Assembly: GCF_018398935.1 (NCBI RefSeq)
Contig: NZ_CP074694.1
Location: 4,800,001-4,832,000, forward strand
From: Telmatocola sphagniphila
Lineage (GTDB): Bacteria > Planctomycetota > Planctomycetia > Gemmatales > Gemmataceae
Direction of reading: 5' to 3'
Length of the DNA stretch: 32,000 nt
The notes beneath the pieces are model-generated. The model was not told the origin of the DNA. It worked only from the letters and a program-made list of their open reading frames with translations, and did not search any database. Numbering within the stretch: the first letter of the stretch is position 1; each line of letters starts with the position of its first letter. Below are positions 9,860 through 20,355 of the stretch, piece after piece. Both the position numbers and the translations under genes were made by a program.

Positions 9860-11050
9860 ATGTTGGATGTCAAAGCGATCCGGAGCCAATTCCCGGCCCT
9901 GGCCCGAAAGATTAATAGTCAGCCGATTGCTTATCTCGATGGCCCGGCCGGTAGCCAGGTGCCCACTTCGGTACCGGCGGCCATCAGCGATTACCTGTTG
10001 AATCACAATGCCAATCACGGGGGAGCCTTCGCTACCTCACGGGAATCGGATGCGATTGTCGAAGGGGTTCAGAAGAAAGTGGCCGGGCTGTTAGGGGCCC
10101 AGGATCATTCGTGCGTCGCTTTCGGCGCCAACATGACCACCATGACGTTCGCCTACAGCCGGGCGATTGCCGCCCGTTGGAACCCAGGCGATGAGGTGAT
10201 TGTCACCCGGCTCGATCACGACGCGAATGTCTCCCCCTGGGTGCGAGCGGCTCAGGATCGCGGCGCGGTGGTTCGTCCTGTGGAAATTCATCCGGAGGAC
10301 TGCACGCTGGATCGCGACCATTTTCGCAGCCTGCTGAATTCCAGGACGAAGCTGGTGGCTCTAGGCTGCGTCTCCAATGCCGTCGGCACGCGCAATCCTG
10401 TCAAAGAGATGATCGCCGAGGCCCATCAAGTTGGGGCCTGGGTCTACCTCGATGCCGTTCATCATGCTCCCCATTTAAAAATCGATGTGACCGACTGGGA
10501 TTGCGATTTCCTGGCCTGCTCGGCCTACAAGTTCTTCGGGCCGCACATCGGAATTGTCTGGGGCAAACGCCAACATCTCGAAACGCTGCCCGCTTACAAA
10601 GTCCGGCCGGCCCCCGAATCACTTCCCGACCGCTGGATGACCGGGACACAGAATTTCGAGTGCATTGCCGGGGTGGGAGCCGCCGTCGATTACATGAATT
10701 CGGTAGGAATTTCCGCCATCGAAGAATACGAACGGGAACTGGCCCAAGAGTTGATCGCCGCTTTGCAGCGCGTGCCCGGCCTGAAAATCTACGGCATCGT
10801 GGATCCGAAACGGTACCACGAACGGGTTTCCACAGTTTCCTTTACGATGGCTGGTCACACCCCGACCGAAATTGCCAAGCACCTGGCCCGCGAAAACATC
10901 TTCGTCTGGAGTGGCAATTACTACGCCCTGCCCCTGACCGAACGTCTGGGCCTCGAACCGCAGGGCATGGTGCGCGTGGGACTGCTGCATTATAACACGG
11001 TCGAGGAAATCGCGATGCTGGAAAAGGCACTTCAAGAATTGGTCCGGTAG
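9860..11050 (+). CDS. class V aminotransferase, cysteine desulfurase-like family protein
   Basis: IRSQFPAL...YLDGPAGSQVP N-terminus and a PLP-lysine context SAYKFFGPHIG. ATG 9860 has GGAG 6 nt upstream; an alternative ATG is at 9842. Confidence 0.85.
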   Translation: MLDVKAIRSQFPALARKINSQPIAYLDGPAGSQVPTSVPAAISDYLLNHNANHGGAFATSRESDAIVEGVQKKVAGLLGAQDHSCVAFGANMTTMTFAYSRAIAARWNPGDEVIVTRLDHDANVSPWVRAAQDRGAVVRPVEIHPEDCTLDRDHFRSLLNSRTKLVALGCVSNAVGTRNPVKEMIAEAHQVGAWVYLDAVHHAPHLKIDVTDWDCDFLACSAYKFFGPHIGIVWGKRQHLETLPAYKVRPAPESLPDRWMTGTQNFECIAGVGAAVDYMNSVGISAIEEYERELAQELIAALQRVPGLKIYGIVDPKRYHERVSTVSFTMAGHTPTEIAKHLARENIFVWSGNYYALPLTERLGLEPQGMVRVGLLHYNTVEEIAMLEKALQELVR

Positions 11051-11072
11051 TGCGAAGAAACGCTTCGCACTA
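11048..11072. terminator. hairpin between convergent genes (possible bidirectional terminator)
   Basis: 10-bp stem tagtgcgaag / cttcgcacta with loop aaacg. No strong U-tract. Confidence 0.4.
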
Positions 11073-11087
11073 CCCAGATGTTGCGGA

Positions 11088-12407
11088 TTAGCTAAGGGAA
11101 AGTGGGCCGTCCTTACAGTAGTTGGTGCTGCCGAAGCTCGTGATGCGATGGCCAAAGCCATGAGCCATCGACATCAGCAGCCGATTGTGAGCGACGTTCT
11201 TGAACTTCAGCGATCGCCCCATCTTGAAGTCGAGCCCGTTGCCCACCAACACGAACGGGATGTTGTCGAGCGTGTGCGAGTTGCCCTTACCCAGTTCGTT
11301 GGTCCAAACAATAGTGGTGTTATCGAGAAGACTACCGTTGCCGCCCGGTTCCGGGGTTTCCGCCAAACGCTTGGCCAGATAGGCCATTTGTTCGCAGAAC
11401 CACTTGTTGATTTTGGTCAGGTTATCGACAGCGGCTTTATTGGTATCCGGTTCGTGCGATAGCTCGTGGTGCCCTTTATCGACGCCGATCCACTTCATGT
11501 GGGCGCCGCCTACCGAATTGGTGTATTGCAGGGTAGCCACCCGAGCGAAGTCGGCCGCAAAGCTGTTGACCATCAGATCGATCTGCATCTTGCTGATCTG
11601 CGGCATCTTGTCGTTTTCGCGCTTGATACCCGGATCGAGTTCGGGAATCTTGTGGCCGAGATCGTTTCCTTTGTCGGCCTTCAGTTCCTTTTCCATCTCC
11701 CGAACGAACGCGGCATGCTCATCCAGCAATCGTTTGTCGGCGGCACTGACCACCGAGCCGACCTTTTTGAGGTCTTCGTTCAGGTCGTCCAGCACGCTTT
11801 TGAGCGTTTCGCGGTCCTTGGTTCGGCCATAAAGTTTGCCGAACATCTGGTAAGGATCATCGATGGGAGCAATCGGTTTGTTGCCCGCGGCGTAGACCAT
11901 GCGGGTCCAGGTATCGGCGCGATCCGGCACCATCACCCCGAATTCGAGGGAGCCGAAACGGGTGCGGGTGGCCTGTTCTTTCTGCAGATAATTTTTGACT
12001 TCCTGATCGATCGACAGTCCCTTGGCCCAACCGGCGGGTGTGGCCGAGCCGCCTTGGATGTTCCCGGGGAACAGTTCCGTCCCGGTCAAAAGGCAGCCGA
12101 TGCCACGCATGTGCGAATCGCCATCGCCCTGGATGCGGTCGCTAACACCGTGCAGCACCAGGGTGCGGTTCTGGTAGGGTTCCAGGGGTTTGAGAGAATC
12201 GGGTAGGGTGAACTTGTCTCCCTCTTCCTTGGGCCAGAAAGTTTCCGGGAAAACGCCGTTGGGGCTGAACATGATCACCAGGCGCTGCTTGCGCTGGGTG
12301 CTGTTGGCAAAGCCGAGACTGGGAAGATTGAGAATGAACGGCATGGTCGCCGCACCGATCCCCAGATCGCGGACGAATTCCCGGCGCGTAGTATTTCGAA
12401 ACGCCAT
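11088..12407 (-). CDS. DUF1552-type protein (partner of the DUF1592-class protein), Tat-like signal
   Basis: N-terminus [24 protein letters not shown]. The start is 2 nt after the upstream gene's stop. The segments ...MFSPNGV...[18 protein letters not shown]...[14 protein letters not shown]... and C-terminal [20 protein letters not shown] match my recollection of DUF1552. The family name is from memory and not verified. Confidence 0.7.
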   Translation of the reverse strand: MAFRNTTRREFVRDLGIGAATMPFILNLPSLGFANSTQRKQRLVIMFSPNGVFPETFWPKEEGDKFTLPDSLKPLEPYQNRTLVLHGVSDRIQGDGDSHMRGIGCLLTGTELFPGNIQGGSATPAGWAKGLSIDQEVKNYLQKEQATRTRFGSLEFGVMVPDRADTWTRMVYAAGNKPIAPIDDPYQMFGKLYGRTKDRETLKSVLDDLNEDLKKVGSVVSAADKRLLDEHAAFVREMEKELKADKGNDLGHKIPELDPGIKRENDKMPQISKMQIDLMVNSFAADFARVATLQYTNSVGGAHMKWIGVDKGHHELSHEPDTNKAAVDNLTKINKWFCEQMAYLAKRLAETPEPGGNGSLLDNTTIVWTNELGKGNSHTLDNIPFVLVGNGLDFKMGRSLKFKNVAHNRLLMSMAHGFGHRITSFGSTNYCKDGPLSLS

Positions 12408-12409
12408 AC

Positions 12410-14746
12410 CTATTTCCCTTTTTCGTTTTTGTTCGATTGATTAATTGTAACTTTATCTTCGCGGCTTGTCAGGGCGGAATTTGCCATAACTTCAATAGCC
12501 AGCTTCCGGATATTCAGGCCGCCGTCGATGAAGGCCTTCTTCAACTGCTTCGACTTATCCGGCCCGTAAGCCCCGATTGACTGCTGCACCAGATGATGGA
12601 ACATCTGATCGGCAAAGGATGCATACACTTCTTCACTATCGGCCAGAAACTTCGCCAAATCCCGCACCCCATTGAACGTTTTTTGCTCGCCACTACGAGT
12701 GAGATACATACCGTGGGCATCGACCGGCTTACCGTTATCCTTGTTGCGGAAGCGGCCGATGGCGTCGAAATTTTCCAGAGTAAAGCCGAGCGGATTGATA
12801 ATCCCATGGCAGGTCGTGCAATTCTGCGGCTTGGTCTGCAGCGTTACTCTTTCGCGAGTCGTCAGGTCGGGATGCAGATTGGCATTTACCGGCGTGATGG
12901 CCACCGCAGGCGGTCGGAGTGTGATGCCGAGCATCCCGCGTACCAGGAAAACTCCCCGGTGGATCGGCGAACTTTCGCTCGTATAGGAGTAGGCCGACAT
13001 CATATACGGATGGGTCAGCACACCGGCCCGGTCGCTATTGGGGAACTGGATTTTCCGGAACTGGGGTTCGGCCGGAAGCGGGGCCTCATAAAAGCGGGCC
13101 AGCCGATCATTCAGATAGAGCGCTTCGGACAAGAGAAGATCCTTGAAGTTGGAACTGGAACTCCAAGCCACATCGTCCAGAAACATTTCCAGTGAAGATT
13201 TCAGATCGGCCACTACCGCCGTATCGAATCCGGGGAAACGCTGCTGATCCTTGGAAATATCGGGCGACTGATCGAGTTTCAACCAGTGGAATAGGAACTC
13301 ACGCACTTTCTGCTGAGCGCGAGGATCTTTCAGCATCCTGTCCGCCTGCTGAGCCACCTGATCGCGGTTTTTCAATCGACCTTGGGAGGCAGCATTCAAC
13401 AATTCCTGATCGGGCAGAGAATCCCAAAGGCCATAGGAAAGCCGGCTGGCCGTGTCGTAAGCATCCGGATGATTGCCAACTTCCCGGTAGAGGAAGCGCG
13501 GCGACTTCAGCACGAACAGTACCATCCGTTTGACGGCCACTTCCGGCGTTTTGCCGATTTCAAATTGGTGATCGATGTAAGCTTTCTTTTGATCATCGTC
13601 CAGCGGCCGGCGGAAGGCTCGCTCCACAAATTTCAGGCAGAAGTCGCGAATGGCTTTGTCCCGTTCCTTGGCGCCATCGCGGGTGCGAGCCAACTCATTG
13701 AGATGAGTACTGACGAAACCGGCCGCATCGAGCGCGGCGTCGGTCGCGGCCTGATCCCATTCCTTCGAAATGCTGGTGCCGCGTTCCCAGCCATAACTGC
13801 GGTCATCTGGCGGGAAGGGATTGGAGACCACGTAGCTTTCCGCACTATAGCTGGGCGAGAGGAACCGGGAAGGAATAACTTCGGAGGTTCCCTTGGGCCG
13901 GGTCCATTCCAGAGTCACGTTCGACCGTTGCGGCGGACGATCCTTTTTCTTATCATCGACCCCCTGCTTACCCTTCATCAGGAGCAGACGAATCGGATAA
14001 ACCCGGCCGGCCACGAGATAAATGTTCCCTTTGTATTCGGTGTCGTTCCCCGATTTCACCAGAATGTCGATCAGCGGTTTCTGCGGCTGATTGACGAACA
14101 GTTGCATGGCGTTTTCGGTCTTCACCGTGAAGGTGTAGTCGCCGGTCTCCGGAGCCAGGATCGATCCGCTCCAGTTGACGCAAAACTCCACTTTTTCGAT
14201 TTTGTCGGGCACCGGACTTTCCGTGCGAAAATCGAAATTCACTTCGGGATCGAGCCGATCCAAAATGCGTTTGTCATTGCGCGGATCCCGAGCATTGAAA
14301 TATTCGCCGCGCAATCCCCGCTTGTCTCCCCAGGGAGCCGAGCCACGGAAACTGTCGATCAAATCGGCGACAGAGTTGCGGTACTGGCGAACGGTCAAAC
14401 GGGCGAGTTCTATCCGAGGTGGCTTGTTGCGTTCCCGGGCTTCGTTCGAGTAGAAAGCCTCGTACATGTAGGCCGCGACGTTATCCGCATCGGCCCCCGT
14501 GCAGCTCCCCGGATTGTCCTCCGGCATCGACTTGGAGATATATTTGGCCAACTGGGCGACTGAGCGATTACCGATCAACTGCTCAGGGTATTTTTTGGTG
14601 CCTTCGCCGTTGGCTCCGTGGCAGGAGGCGCACTGCTTTTTGTAAATCGCCTCGCCTGTCTTTTCCTCGGCCGCTCTCAGAGAACTCGGCGCGCAGATTA
14701 GGAGGGAGAGAGTGAAGATCGCGGGGAGAGTGTATCGACAAATCAA
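12410..14746 (-). CDS. planctomycete-type multidomain protein: N-terminal cytochrome c motif, PA14-like insert, DUF1595/DUF1592/DUF1588/DUF1585-class regions
   Basis: Signal peptide, then CASCHG heme-binding motif. A PA14-like segment follows (LRGEYFN...[28 protein letters not shown]...[10 protein letters not shown]). Later motifs are [35 protein letters not shown] and [25 protein letters not shown]. Confidence 0.8.
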   Translation of the reverse strand: MICRYTLPAIFTLSLLICAPSSLRAAEEKTGEAIYKKQCASCHGANGEGTKKYPEQLIGNRSVAQLAKYISKSMPEDNPGSCTGADADNVAAYMYEAFYSNEARERNKPPRIELARLTVRQYRNSVADLIDSFRGSAPWGDKRGLRGEYFNARDPRNDKRILDRLDPEVNFDFRTESPVPDKIEKVEFCVNWSGSILAPETGDYTFTVKTENAMQLFVNQPQKPLIDILVKSGNDTEYKGNIYLVAGRVYPIRLLLMKGKQGVDDKKKDRPPQRSNVTLEWTRPKGTSEVIPSRFLSPSYSAESYVVSNPFPPDDRSYGWERGTSISKEWDQAATDAALDAAGFVSTHLNELARTRDGAKERDKAIRDFCLKFVERAFRRPLDDDQKKAYIDHQFEIGKTPEVAVKRMVLFVLKSPRFLYREVGNHPDAYDTASRLSYGLWDSLPDQELLNAASQGRLKNRDQVAQQADRMLKDPRAQQKVREFLFHWLKLDQSPDISKDQQRFPGFDTAVVADLKSSLEMFLDDVAWSSSSNFKDLLLSEALYLNDRLARFYEAPLPAEPQFRKIQFPNSDRAGVLTHPYMMSAYSYTSESSPIHRGVFLVRGMLGITLRPPAVAITPVNANLHPDLTTRERVTLQTKPQNCTTCHGIINPLGFTLENFDAIGRFRNKDNGKPVDAHGMYLTRSGEQKTFNGVRDLAKFLADSEEVYASFADQMFHHLVQQSIGAYGPDKSKQLKKAFIDGGLNIRKLAIEVMANSALTSREDKVTINQSNKNEKGK

Positions 14747-14885
14747 CGGAATGTTCCAAATGAAAGGTATGACGCTTACAAACTAGCTTAGAGCAAAAAG
14801 GTATAGCAGGTATGTACTTATAATTTTAGCTGACCGTCGGGAGATGTCAAGAAAAGAACGAAGGGGTGGAGAGCCTCGAAAACGC

Positions 14886-15350
14886 TCAAATTTCCTTTTC
14901 AAAACAAAAACTGTGCGGATTGTTTTCGTACACGCCATAAGGAGGTACCGGCAAATATCCTGCCCCGCGATAAAGCGCGAGGGCCGCGGGCTGGCGGTCT
15001 CCGGTTTCCAGTCGGGTCCTGGAGAACCCTGCCTGCCTGGCTCGGGCTTCCAATTCGGACAAAATCCGTCTCGAATAACCCAGCCCGCGCGAGCTCGGCC
15101 TCACATACATCCGTTTGATCTCTACTACACCCGGCTCCATCAACCGGTAGCCCCCGCAGGCCACGAGCTCATTTCCCCGACGTCCGACTAAAAAAATACC
15201 GCGCGGCGGCAATCCATCTTCGGGTTGATAATGCCCCGAACCATCTTCGGACTCGTAGAGCCCCGCCATCTCCGCGGACAATTCCGCAATCAACTGCGCG
15301 ACTTCGGGCAGCCGGGGATCGGAAAGCTCCATTTCGAATTGCGGAATCAT
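14886..15350 (-). CDS. GNAT family N-acetyltransferase
   Basis: IKRMYVRPSSRGLGYSRRILSELEARARQAGFSRTRLETG is a typical acetyl-CoA binding motif A region. Confidence 0.85.
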   Translation of the reverse strand: MIPQFEMELSDPRLPEVAQLIAELSAEMAGLYESEDGSGHYQPEDGLPPRGIFLVGRRGNELVACGGYRLMEPGVVEIKRMYVRPSSRGLGYSRRILSELEARARQAGFSRTRLETGDRQPAALALYRGAGYLPVPPYGVYENNPHSFCFEKEI

Positions 15351-15535
15351 CTAGTCAGTTATATGCGGGATAATTCATCTAAAAAATTCTTTTGTCCGTT
15401 AAAACAAGTGGGTCTCGTAGCCGCATTATTACTTAAGCTTCATACAGGATCGCTCTTCGGTAAGGTTGCTTGCAGTTTGTGCCGGGATCGCTTACACTCA
15501 TTTTTATCTCATTTTTGAGTTCAGAGGATCTGAAG

Positions 15536-16759
15536 ATGGTTTATTCATGGACCAATGTGGCACTTTTGTGCCTCGGAATGGTCGCTTATGGAGAGGATGC
15601 AGCCGCCTACAAAGCGGGCGACATCGTGTTCCCCAAGAATGAAAGCGTGGAATTGAAGACGGAAGAGGATGGTCAGGAAACGGCTCTCGATGCCGATCAG
15701 ATTCAGTACACCGTTATCGAACAGAAAAAGAACCGCCTGAAAGTGAAGCTGGGGGATGGCAAATGGGCCTGGCTGGAAGCCGAGGATGTCGTCTTGGCCA
15801 GTAAGGCGGCCAGCTATTTTTCCGAGCAGATCACCAAGGAGGCGACCGCCGATTTGCACATTCGACGGGCCTACGTTTATAAGCTGGAAGACAAACTCGA
15901 AAAAGCGCTCGCGGACTTTAGCGCCGCCGTCAAGCTGCAGCCGGAGGACGTCCTGGTCTGGATCAACCGCGGCGACTTCTATTCCGAAACGAAAGATTAC
16001 GACAAGGCGATTGAAGACTTTACGGAAGCGATCAAGATCGACGAAGATTATGGATACGCTTACATCGGCCGGGGCAATGCCCGGCTGGAAAAGAAAGAAT
16101 TCGAAAAAGCACTGAAGGATTTCGGCAAAGCACTGGAAATCGATCCCCAGGATACGACCGCCCTTCTCAGCCGGGGAAATGCCTATCTCGAGCAGAAGGA
16201 ATACGATGCAGCCATCAAGGAGTACAACGAGGTCCTGGAGATCATTCCCAACAGCGCCTATGCGTATGTCTGCCGGGCCAATGCCCAGGCGGCCAAGAAG
16301 GACTTCGAAAAAGCACTGGCCGATTACACCAAATCTCTCAAGATCGATCCCGAAAACTCGGGAGCCTTTGCATCCCGCGGCAATTGCTACGCCGACAAAA
16401 AGGAGTACGACAAAGCGCTGAAAGATTTTACCGAGGCGATAAAAATCGATCCGAAATCGGAATACGCCATCAACGGGGAAGCCTGGTTGCTGGCCACCTG
16501 CCCCGAGCCGAAATATCGTGATGGCAAAAAGGCAGTCGAACTGGCCCAGAAAGCTTGCGAACTCAGCCATTTCAAAGATTTGAATCTCGTCGATACCCTC
16601 GCGGCGGCCTTCGCCGAGGTCGGAAAATTCGAGGAGGCGGTGAAATGGCAGGAGAAAGCCATCCGCAACCCGTTTGCAAGCGATACCGAAATCTCCGAGG
16701 CCAAGGAACGGCTGGAACTCTACAAGATGAAAAAGCCCTACCGCGATGAACGAAAGTAA
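15536..16759 (+). CDS. secreted TPR-repeat protein
   Basis: Six or more consecutive 34-aa TPR units of the form (Y..RG..Y....YDKAI.DF.EAIKIDP). ATG 15536 is preceded by GAGGA, and a signal-like N-terminus follows. Confidence 0.85.
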   Translation: MVYSWTNVALLCLGMVAYGEDAAAYKAGDIVFPKNESVELKTEEDGQETALDADQIQYTVIEQKKNRLKVKLGDGKWAWLEAEDVVLASKAASYFSEQITKEATADLHIRRAYVYKLEDKLEKALADFSAAVKLQPEDVLVWINRGDFYSETKDYDKAIEDFTEAIKIDEDYGYAYIGRGNARLEKKEFEKALKDFGKALEIDPQDTTALLSRGNAYLEQKEYDAAIKEYNEVLEIIPNSAYAYVCRANAQAAKKDFEKALADYTKSLKIDPENSGAFASRGNCYADKKEYDKALKDFTEAIKIDPKSEYAINGEAWLLATCPEPKYRDGKKAVELAQKACELSHFKDLNLVDTLAAAFAEVGKFEEAVKWQEKAIRNPFASDTEISEAKERLELYKMKKPYRDERK

Positions 16760-16791
16760 GCTCGGTTCGAATAGTCAATTCTTGCACTTGC

Positions 16792-16821
16792 GAAGCGTCC
16801 TTGTTCACCGACGCTTCTTTT
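16792..16821 (+). terminator. candidate intrinsic terminator after the TPR gene
   Basis: 7-bp stem gaagcgt / acgcttc with a 12-nt loop, followed by tttt. Confidence 0.45.
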
Positions 16822-17025
16822 AGAGTGAACCGTTGCTCGTCGAAATCGACCGTTTCAGACCACTCGAATAGCCCTCCCCTTTTCGCAAAAGCCATCGGAT
16901 TTTTTTCCAGACTTTTGATGAAACCGACTCGGCGATCGGTTAGAATCCCCTCACACGATTGGAAAACCAACCTTACCTGTCCCGTTCGCACGATCGGGAT
17001 ATCCTTTTTCTTCTTGGGCAACGTC

Positions 17026-18453
17026 ATGACTCTCCCTTTTGATCGTCGTCAAATTATCAAACTCGGTGCGGCCGCACCTCTGGGCTATTTCTTCACCGGA
17101 CCCGCGACTTCGGTTGTGAAGGCCTACGGCTCGGCCGACCGCTTACGCGTAGCCGGGATTGGTGTCGGCGGCAAAGGATCGAGCGATATTGAACAGGCCG
17201 GCGCCGTGATGGACGTCGTCGCCCTCTGCGATATCGACGAACATCGACTCAACCAGCGAGCTACCACCTGGCCCCAGGCGAAGAAATATTTCGACTATCG
17301 AAAACTGTTCGACGAGATGCTCAAGGAAATCGATGCCGTAGTGGTCTCCACCCCCGACCATTCGCACGCCAAGCCTTCGCTAATCGCGATTCACTCCGGC
17401 AAACACGTTTACTGTCAGAAGCCCCTGGCTCAGACCCCCTTCGAAGCCCGACTGATGCGCGAAGCGGCCGCCAAGGCCGGAGTGGTTACTCAGATGGGGA
17501 ATCAAGGCTCGGGACTAAGCGGTCTACGGCGAGCCGTGGAACTGATTCGCACGGGGGTCCTCGGCGACATCCTCGAGGCGCATGTCTGGACAAATCGTCC
17601 TTTCAAATATTGGAAGCAGTCTCCCGATGTGGTCTCCCGGCCACCCGAAGCGGCCGTTCCGGCTTACGTCCACTGGGACGAATGGCTGGGGGCCGCCCCG
17701 TTCCGGCCTTATGCCGTGCGCGACGACAAGAATTCTCCCGGCGGCAAGCGACCCGCCTACCACCCGCACGACTGGCGCGGTTACTGGGACTTTGGTACCG
17801 GGGCTTTGGGCGATATGGCCTGCCACACCGCCAATATGGCCTACCGGGCTATGGAACTCGACGCCCCGATCGCCGTGAGTGCGGAGGCGGCCGCGATCAA
17901 TCCGGAAACTTACCCCGCCTGGGCCAAGATTCAGTATCACTTCCCGGCGCGGGGCACCAAGCCCGCAGTTGTGCTGCACTGGTACGAAGGGGCTCGCGAC
18001 GGCAGCCGGGTTCTGCCTTCGACGGAACTGCTTGCCAAGGTGCTCAAAAAGGGTGAAAGCGCTGCCGATAGCGGATCGCTCTTGATCGGTTCGAAAGGAA
18101 TGCTGTATAGCCCGAACGATTACGGCGCGGAATTCCGGCTAACTCCCGAAAAAGACTTCATGGGAGTTCAGACCAAGAAACCGGAGAGTGGCCCGGAAGG
18201 TATCCCGGACAATCCGGATGCCTACATGAAGCGGGAATGGGCCGAAGCGATCAAGGCCGGGAAGCCATCGATGGCCTCCTCAAGCTTTGCCATCGCCGGC
18301 CGACTGACCGAGACGATGCTGCTGGGCAACATCGCCGTGCGTTTTGCGGGTCAGAAACTGGATTGGGATACGGCAACGCAGAAGTTCAAGAACTCCTCGC
18401 AGGCGAGCGCTTTGGTCTCCAAGGCGTATCGCAAGGGGTTTGAGTTGAGTTGA
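17026..18453 (+). CDS. Gfo/Idh/MocA family oxidoreductase with Tat-type signal
   Basis: MTLPFDRRQIIKLGAAAPLG signal and a Rossmann segment RVAGIGVGGKGSSDI...VVALCDID. The STPDHSHA motif is also present. The track ORF from 16801 is an upstream read-through extension. Confidence 0.85.
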   Translation: MTLPFDRRQIIKLGAAAPLGYFFTGPATSVVKAYGSADRLRVAGIGVGGKGSSDIEQAGAVMDVVALCDIDEHRLNQRATTWPQAKKYFDYRKLFDEMLKEIDAVVVSTPDHSHAKPSLIAIHSGKHVYCQKPLAQTPFEARLMREAAAKAGVVTQMGNQGSGLSGLRRAVELIRTGVLGDILEAHVWTNRPFKYWKQSPDVVSRPPEAAVPAYVHWDEWLGAAPFRPYAVRDDKNSPGGKRPAYHPHDWRGYWDFGTGALGDMACHTANMAYRAMELDAPIAVSAEAAAINPETYPAWAKIQYHFPARGTKPAVVLHWYEGARDGSRVLPSTELLAKVLKKGESAADSGSLLIGSKGMLYSPNDYGAEFRLTPEKDFMGVQTKKPESGPEGIPDNPDAYMKREWAEAIKAGKPSMASSSFAIAGRLTETMLLGNIAVRFAGQKLDWDTATQKFKNSSQASALVSKAYRKGFELS

Positions 18454-18502
18454 GCATTCAGCTGTCAGCATTCAGCTGTCAGCATTCAGCTGTCAGCTTG
18501 TT
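18454..18502. repeat. heptamer array (CATTCAG CTGTCAG)x3 ending in CTTGTTG; left arm of second inverted heptamer element
   Basis: Read directly. It starts 1 nt after the TGA stop (18451-18453) of the oxidoreductase gene. Confidence 0.9.
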
Positions 18503-18620
18503 GATTAAAGTTCACTCTCGCAATTCGGCGTGCTAGCCGTCGGCGAAAAAGCTTCTGAAACCCTGCGGATGGCAATTATCTTAGAGCACTCAGCCACTTC
18601 TAATCACTGAGTTCTCTAAG

Positions 18621-18655
18621 CTGACTGCTGACTGCTGATCGCTGATCGCTGACAG
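18621..18655. repeat. heptamer array CTGACTG x2, CTGATCG x2, CTGACAG; right arm, inverted relative to 18454-18502
   Basis: Read directly. It abuts the zwf stop codon complement CTA at 18656-18658. Confidence 0.9.
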
Positions 18656-20119
18656 CTATACCAACGGCTGCCACTTTCGCCCTTCTTCCGCCAGCAACGC
18701 ATCGGAGGTGGCGGGCCCCTGACTTCCGATCTCGTACTCGGTCATCACCGGGCCGTCTTTTGCAGAGGCCGCTTCGATGTACGGATCCATAATTTCCCAA
18801 CTTCGTTCGATCTCATCCCCGCGCATGAACAAAGACGAATCACCCTGAATCGCATCCAAAAGTAAGCGTTCGTACGCTTCGGGAAGAGATTTATCTCCGA
18901 AGGCCGTGCGGTAGTCGAACTTCAAATCTCGCACCTGCAAACGCGTCCCTTCCACGGCGGGCACTTTCGTCTGGAACGAAATCTTAATTCCCTCATTGGG
19001 TTGCAACACCAGCGACAGGCGATTGCATTCCATGATCTGGCCGGGCGGCAGCGGGAACATCATGTGCGGCGGACAGCGGAACTGAATCACCACTTCGCTG
19101 AAGCGAGATTTCAACGCTTTACCCGAGCGCAGGTAGAAGGGCACATTCTGCCAGCGACTGTTGTTGATTTCAAAACGGGCCGCGGCATAAGTCGGCGTCC
19201 GCGAGGTGGAAGGCACGCCGGGCTCCTGCAGGTAGCCCTTGTACTGGCCGACCGCCAACCATTTGCGGGCTTCTTCGGGAGTCGGGATGTGAACGGAATC
19301 GAGAACCTTGATCTTCTCGTTACGCAAGCGGTCGGACTGGAATTTCGCCGGCGATTCCATGGCCACCATGGTCAGCACCTGCAACAGGTGGCTCTGGAAC
19401 ATATCGCGCAAGACGCCCGAATTGTCGTAGTAGGCCCCTCGTTTACCAACGGGAACCGACTCGGCCACGGTGATCTGCACATGTTCGATGTACTGGGAGT
19501 TCCAGAGCGGTTCGAACAGCGTATTCGCAAAGCGGAGGACGAAAATGTTCTGAACCGTATCTTTGCCCAGGTAGTGGTCGATGCGGTAGATCTGCTTTTC
19601 GCGGAACTGGTCGTGTAACAGTTCGTTGATGTGTTGCGAGGATTTCAGATCGACGCCGAAAGGCTTTTCCACCACCAGTCGTCGGAAGTTCGTGTCGGTA
19701 TCGCTGGCCATGCCCGCTTCGCCCATCCGCTGGGCAATCTGCGGGTAGAGTTCGGGGGAAACGGAAAGATAGTAGACGCGGTTGCCGCCATTGGGCCCTT
19801 CTTTTTTAGTCAGCCAGTCCTTCAGATGCTGCATTCCTTCGGCCTGCCCGGCGTCGGCCGCACAGTAGAAGAGTTTGGAGGAAAAGCGCGTCCAGACCTC
19901 CGCATTCCAGCTCTCCCCGGCCCCTTTCATCGCCTCCTGAACTTTTGCTTCCATCTGGGTTCGGAAGGCTTCGTCCGTGAAGGCACTGCGGGCCACCCCC
20001 ACGATGAAGGCTTCCGGCGGCAGCAACCCGGCGACATCCAATCGATAGAGGGCGGGGATGAGCTTGCGGGAAGTCAAATCGCCGGAAGCACCGAAGATAA
20101 TAATGGCGGTCGATGGCAT
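18656..20119 (-). CDS. zwf: glucose-6-phosphate 1-dehydrogenase
   Basis: [23 protein letters not shown]-binding motif and the RIDHYLGK active-site motif; 487 aa. Confidence 0.95.
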   Translation of the reverse strand: MPSTAIIIFGASGDLTSRKLIPALYRLDVAGLLPPEAFIVGVARSAFTDEAFRTQMEAKVQEAMKGAGESWNAEVWTRFSSKLFYCAADAGQAEGMQHLKDWLTKKEGPNGGNRVYYLSVSPELYPQIAQRMGEAGMASDTDTNFRRLVVEKPFGVDLKSSQHINELLHDQFREKQIYRIDHYLGKDTVQNIFVLRFANTLFEPLWNSQYIEHVQITVAESVPVGKRGAYYDNSGVLRDMFQSHLLQVLTMVAMESPAKFQSDRLRNEKIKVLDSVHIPTPEEARKWLAVGQYKGYLQEPGVPSTSRTPTYAAARFEINNSRWQNVPFYLRSGKALKSRFSEVVIQFRCPPHMMFPLPPGQIMECNRLSLVLQPNEGIKISFQTKVPAVEGTRLQVRDLKFDYRTAFGDKSLPEAYERLLLDAIQGDSSLFMRGDEIERSWEIMDPYIEAASAKDGPVMTEYEIGSQGPATSDALLAEEGRKWQPLV

Positions 20120-20231
20120 GGGATTTCTCGTGATATCAAAATTGTCTGGCCCAGTTTCTCCCGAACGGAGAGAAACTGACCAAGTTGGTTTTATAGCTAA
20201 AGGGAGTAAGCAGCCAGAAAGGAGTATTGCA

Positions 20232-20330
20232 ATGACGATCTGGCATATATCAGATTTACATATTGCCCAGCCTGAAAAACTTATGAAAAAAAGGAGATTT
20301 TGCTTGCGAACGCCTAAAGTTAATGATTGA
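20232..20330 (+). pseudogene. 32-codon remnant resembling the N-terminus of a metallophosphoesterase
   Basis: AAGGAG is followed 8 nt later by ATG. The ORF reads [16 protein letters not shown]... and matches the calcineurin-like phosphoesterase motif I (ISDLH). It terminates after 32 codons. Confidence 0.35.
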
Positions 20331-20355
20331 CAACGCTTACGCGATTATTTAAGAT
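20327..20355 (+). promoter_or_regulatory. strong sigma-70-like promoter
   Basis: TTGACA (20327-20332), 17-nt spacer, TAAGAT (20350-20355). It lies about 385 nt upstream of the next start codon (20747). Confidence 0.45.

Noticed and set aside
13382-14563. 393-aa plus-strand ORF antisense to the DUF1592-class gene
   Set aside because: The opposite strand carries clear family motifs (CxxCH, PA14-like, conserved C-terminal blocks). The antisense translation has no features, and such frames are typical of GC-rich shadow ORFs.
15545-16570. 341-aa minus-strand ORF antisense to the TPR gene
   Set aside because: The plus-strand frame shows regular 34-aa TPR periodicity, whereas the antisense frame is featureless.
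16764-16772. GGTTCGAAT, a tRNA T-loop-like string just after the TPR gene stop
   Set aside because: The flanking bases cannot form a T-stem (no closing C after the loop). No acceptor or anticodon arms can be drawn, and the upstream sequence is coding.
16572-17027. 151-aa minus-strand ORF in the TPR/oxidoreductase intergenic region
   Set aside because: It overlaps the TPR gene's 3' end and its terminator hairpin. The translation is R/P-rich with no start context and is likely spurious.
20058-20231. Upstream part of the 90-aa plus-strand ORF overlapping the zwf start
   Set aside because: Only the last 32 codons, after a strong RBS and ATG at 20232, look gene-like. The upstream part is antisense to the zwf N-terminus.
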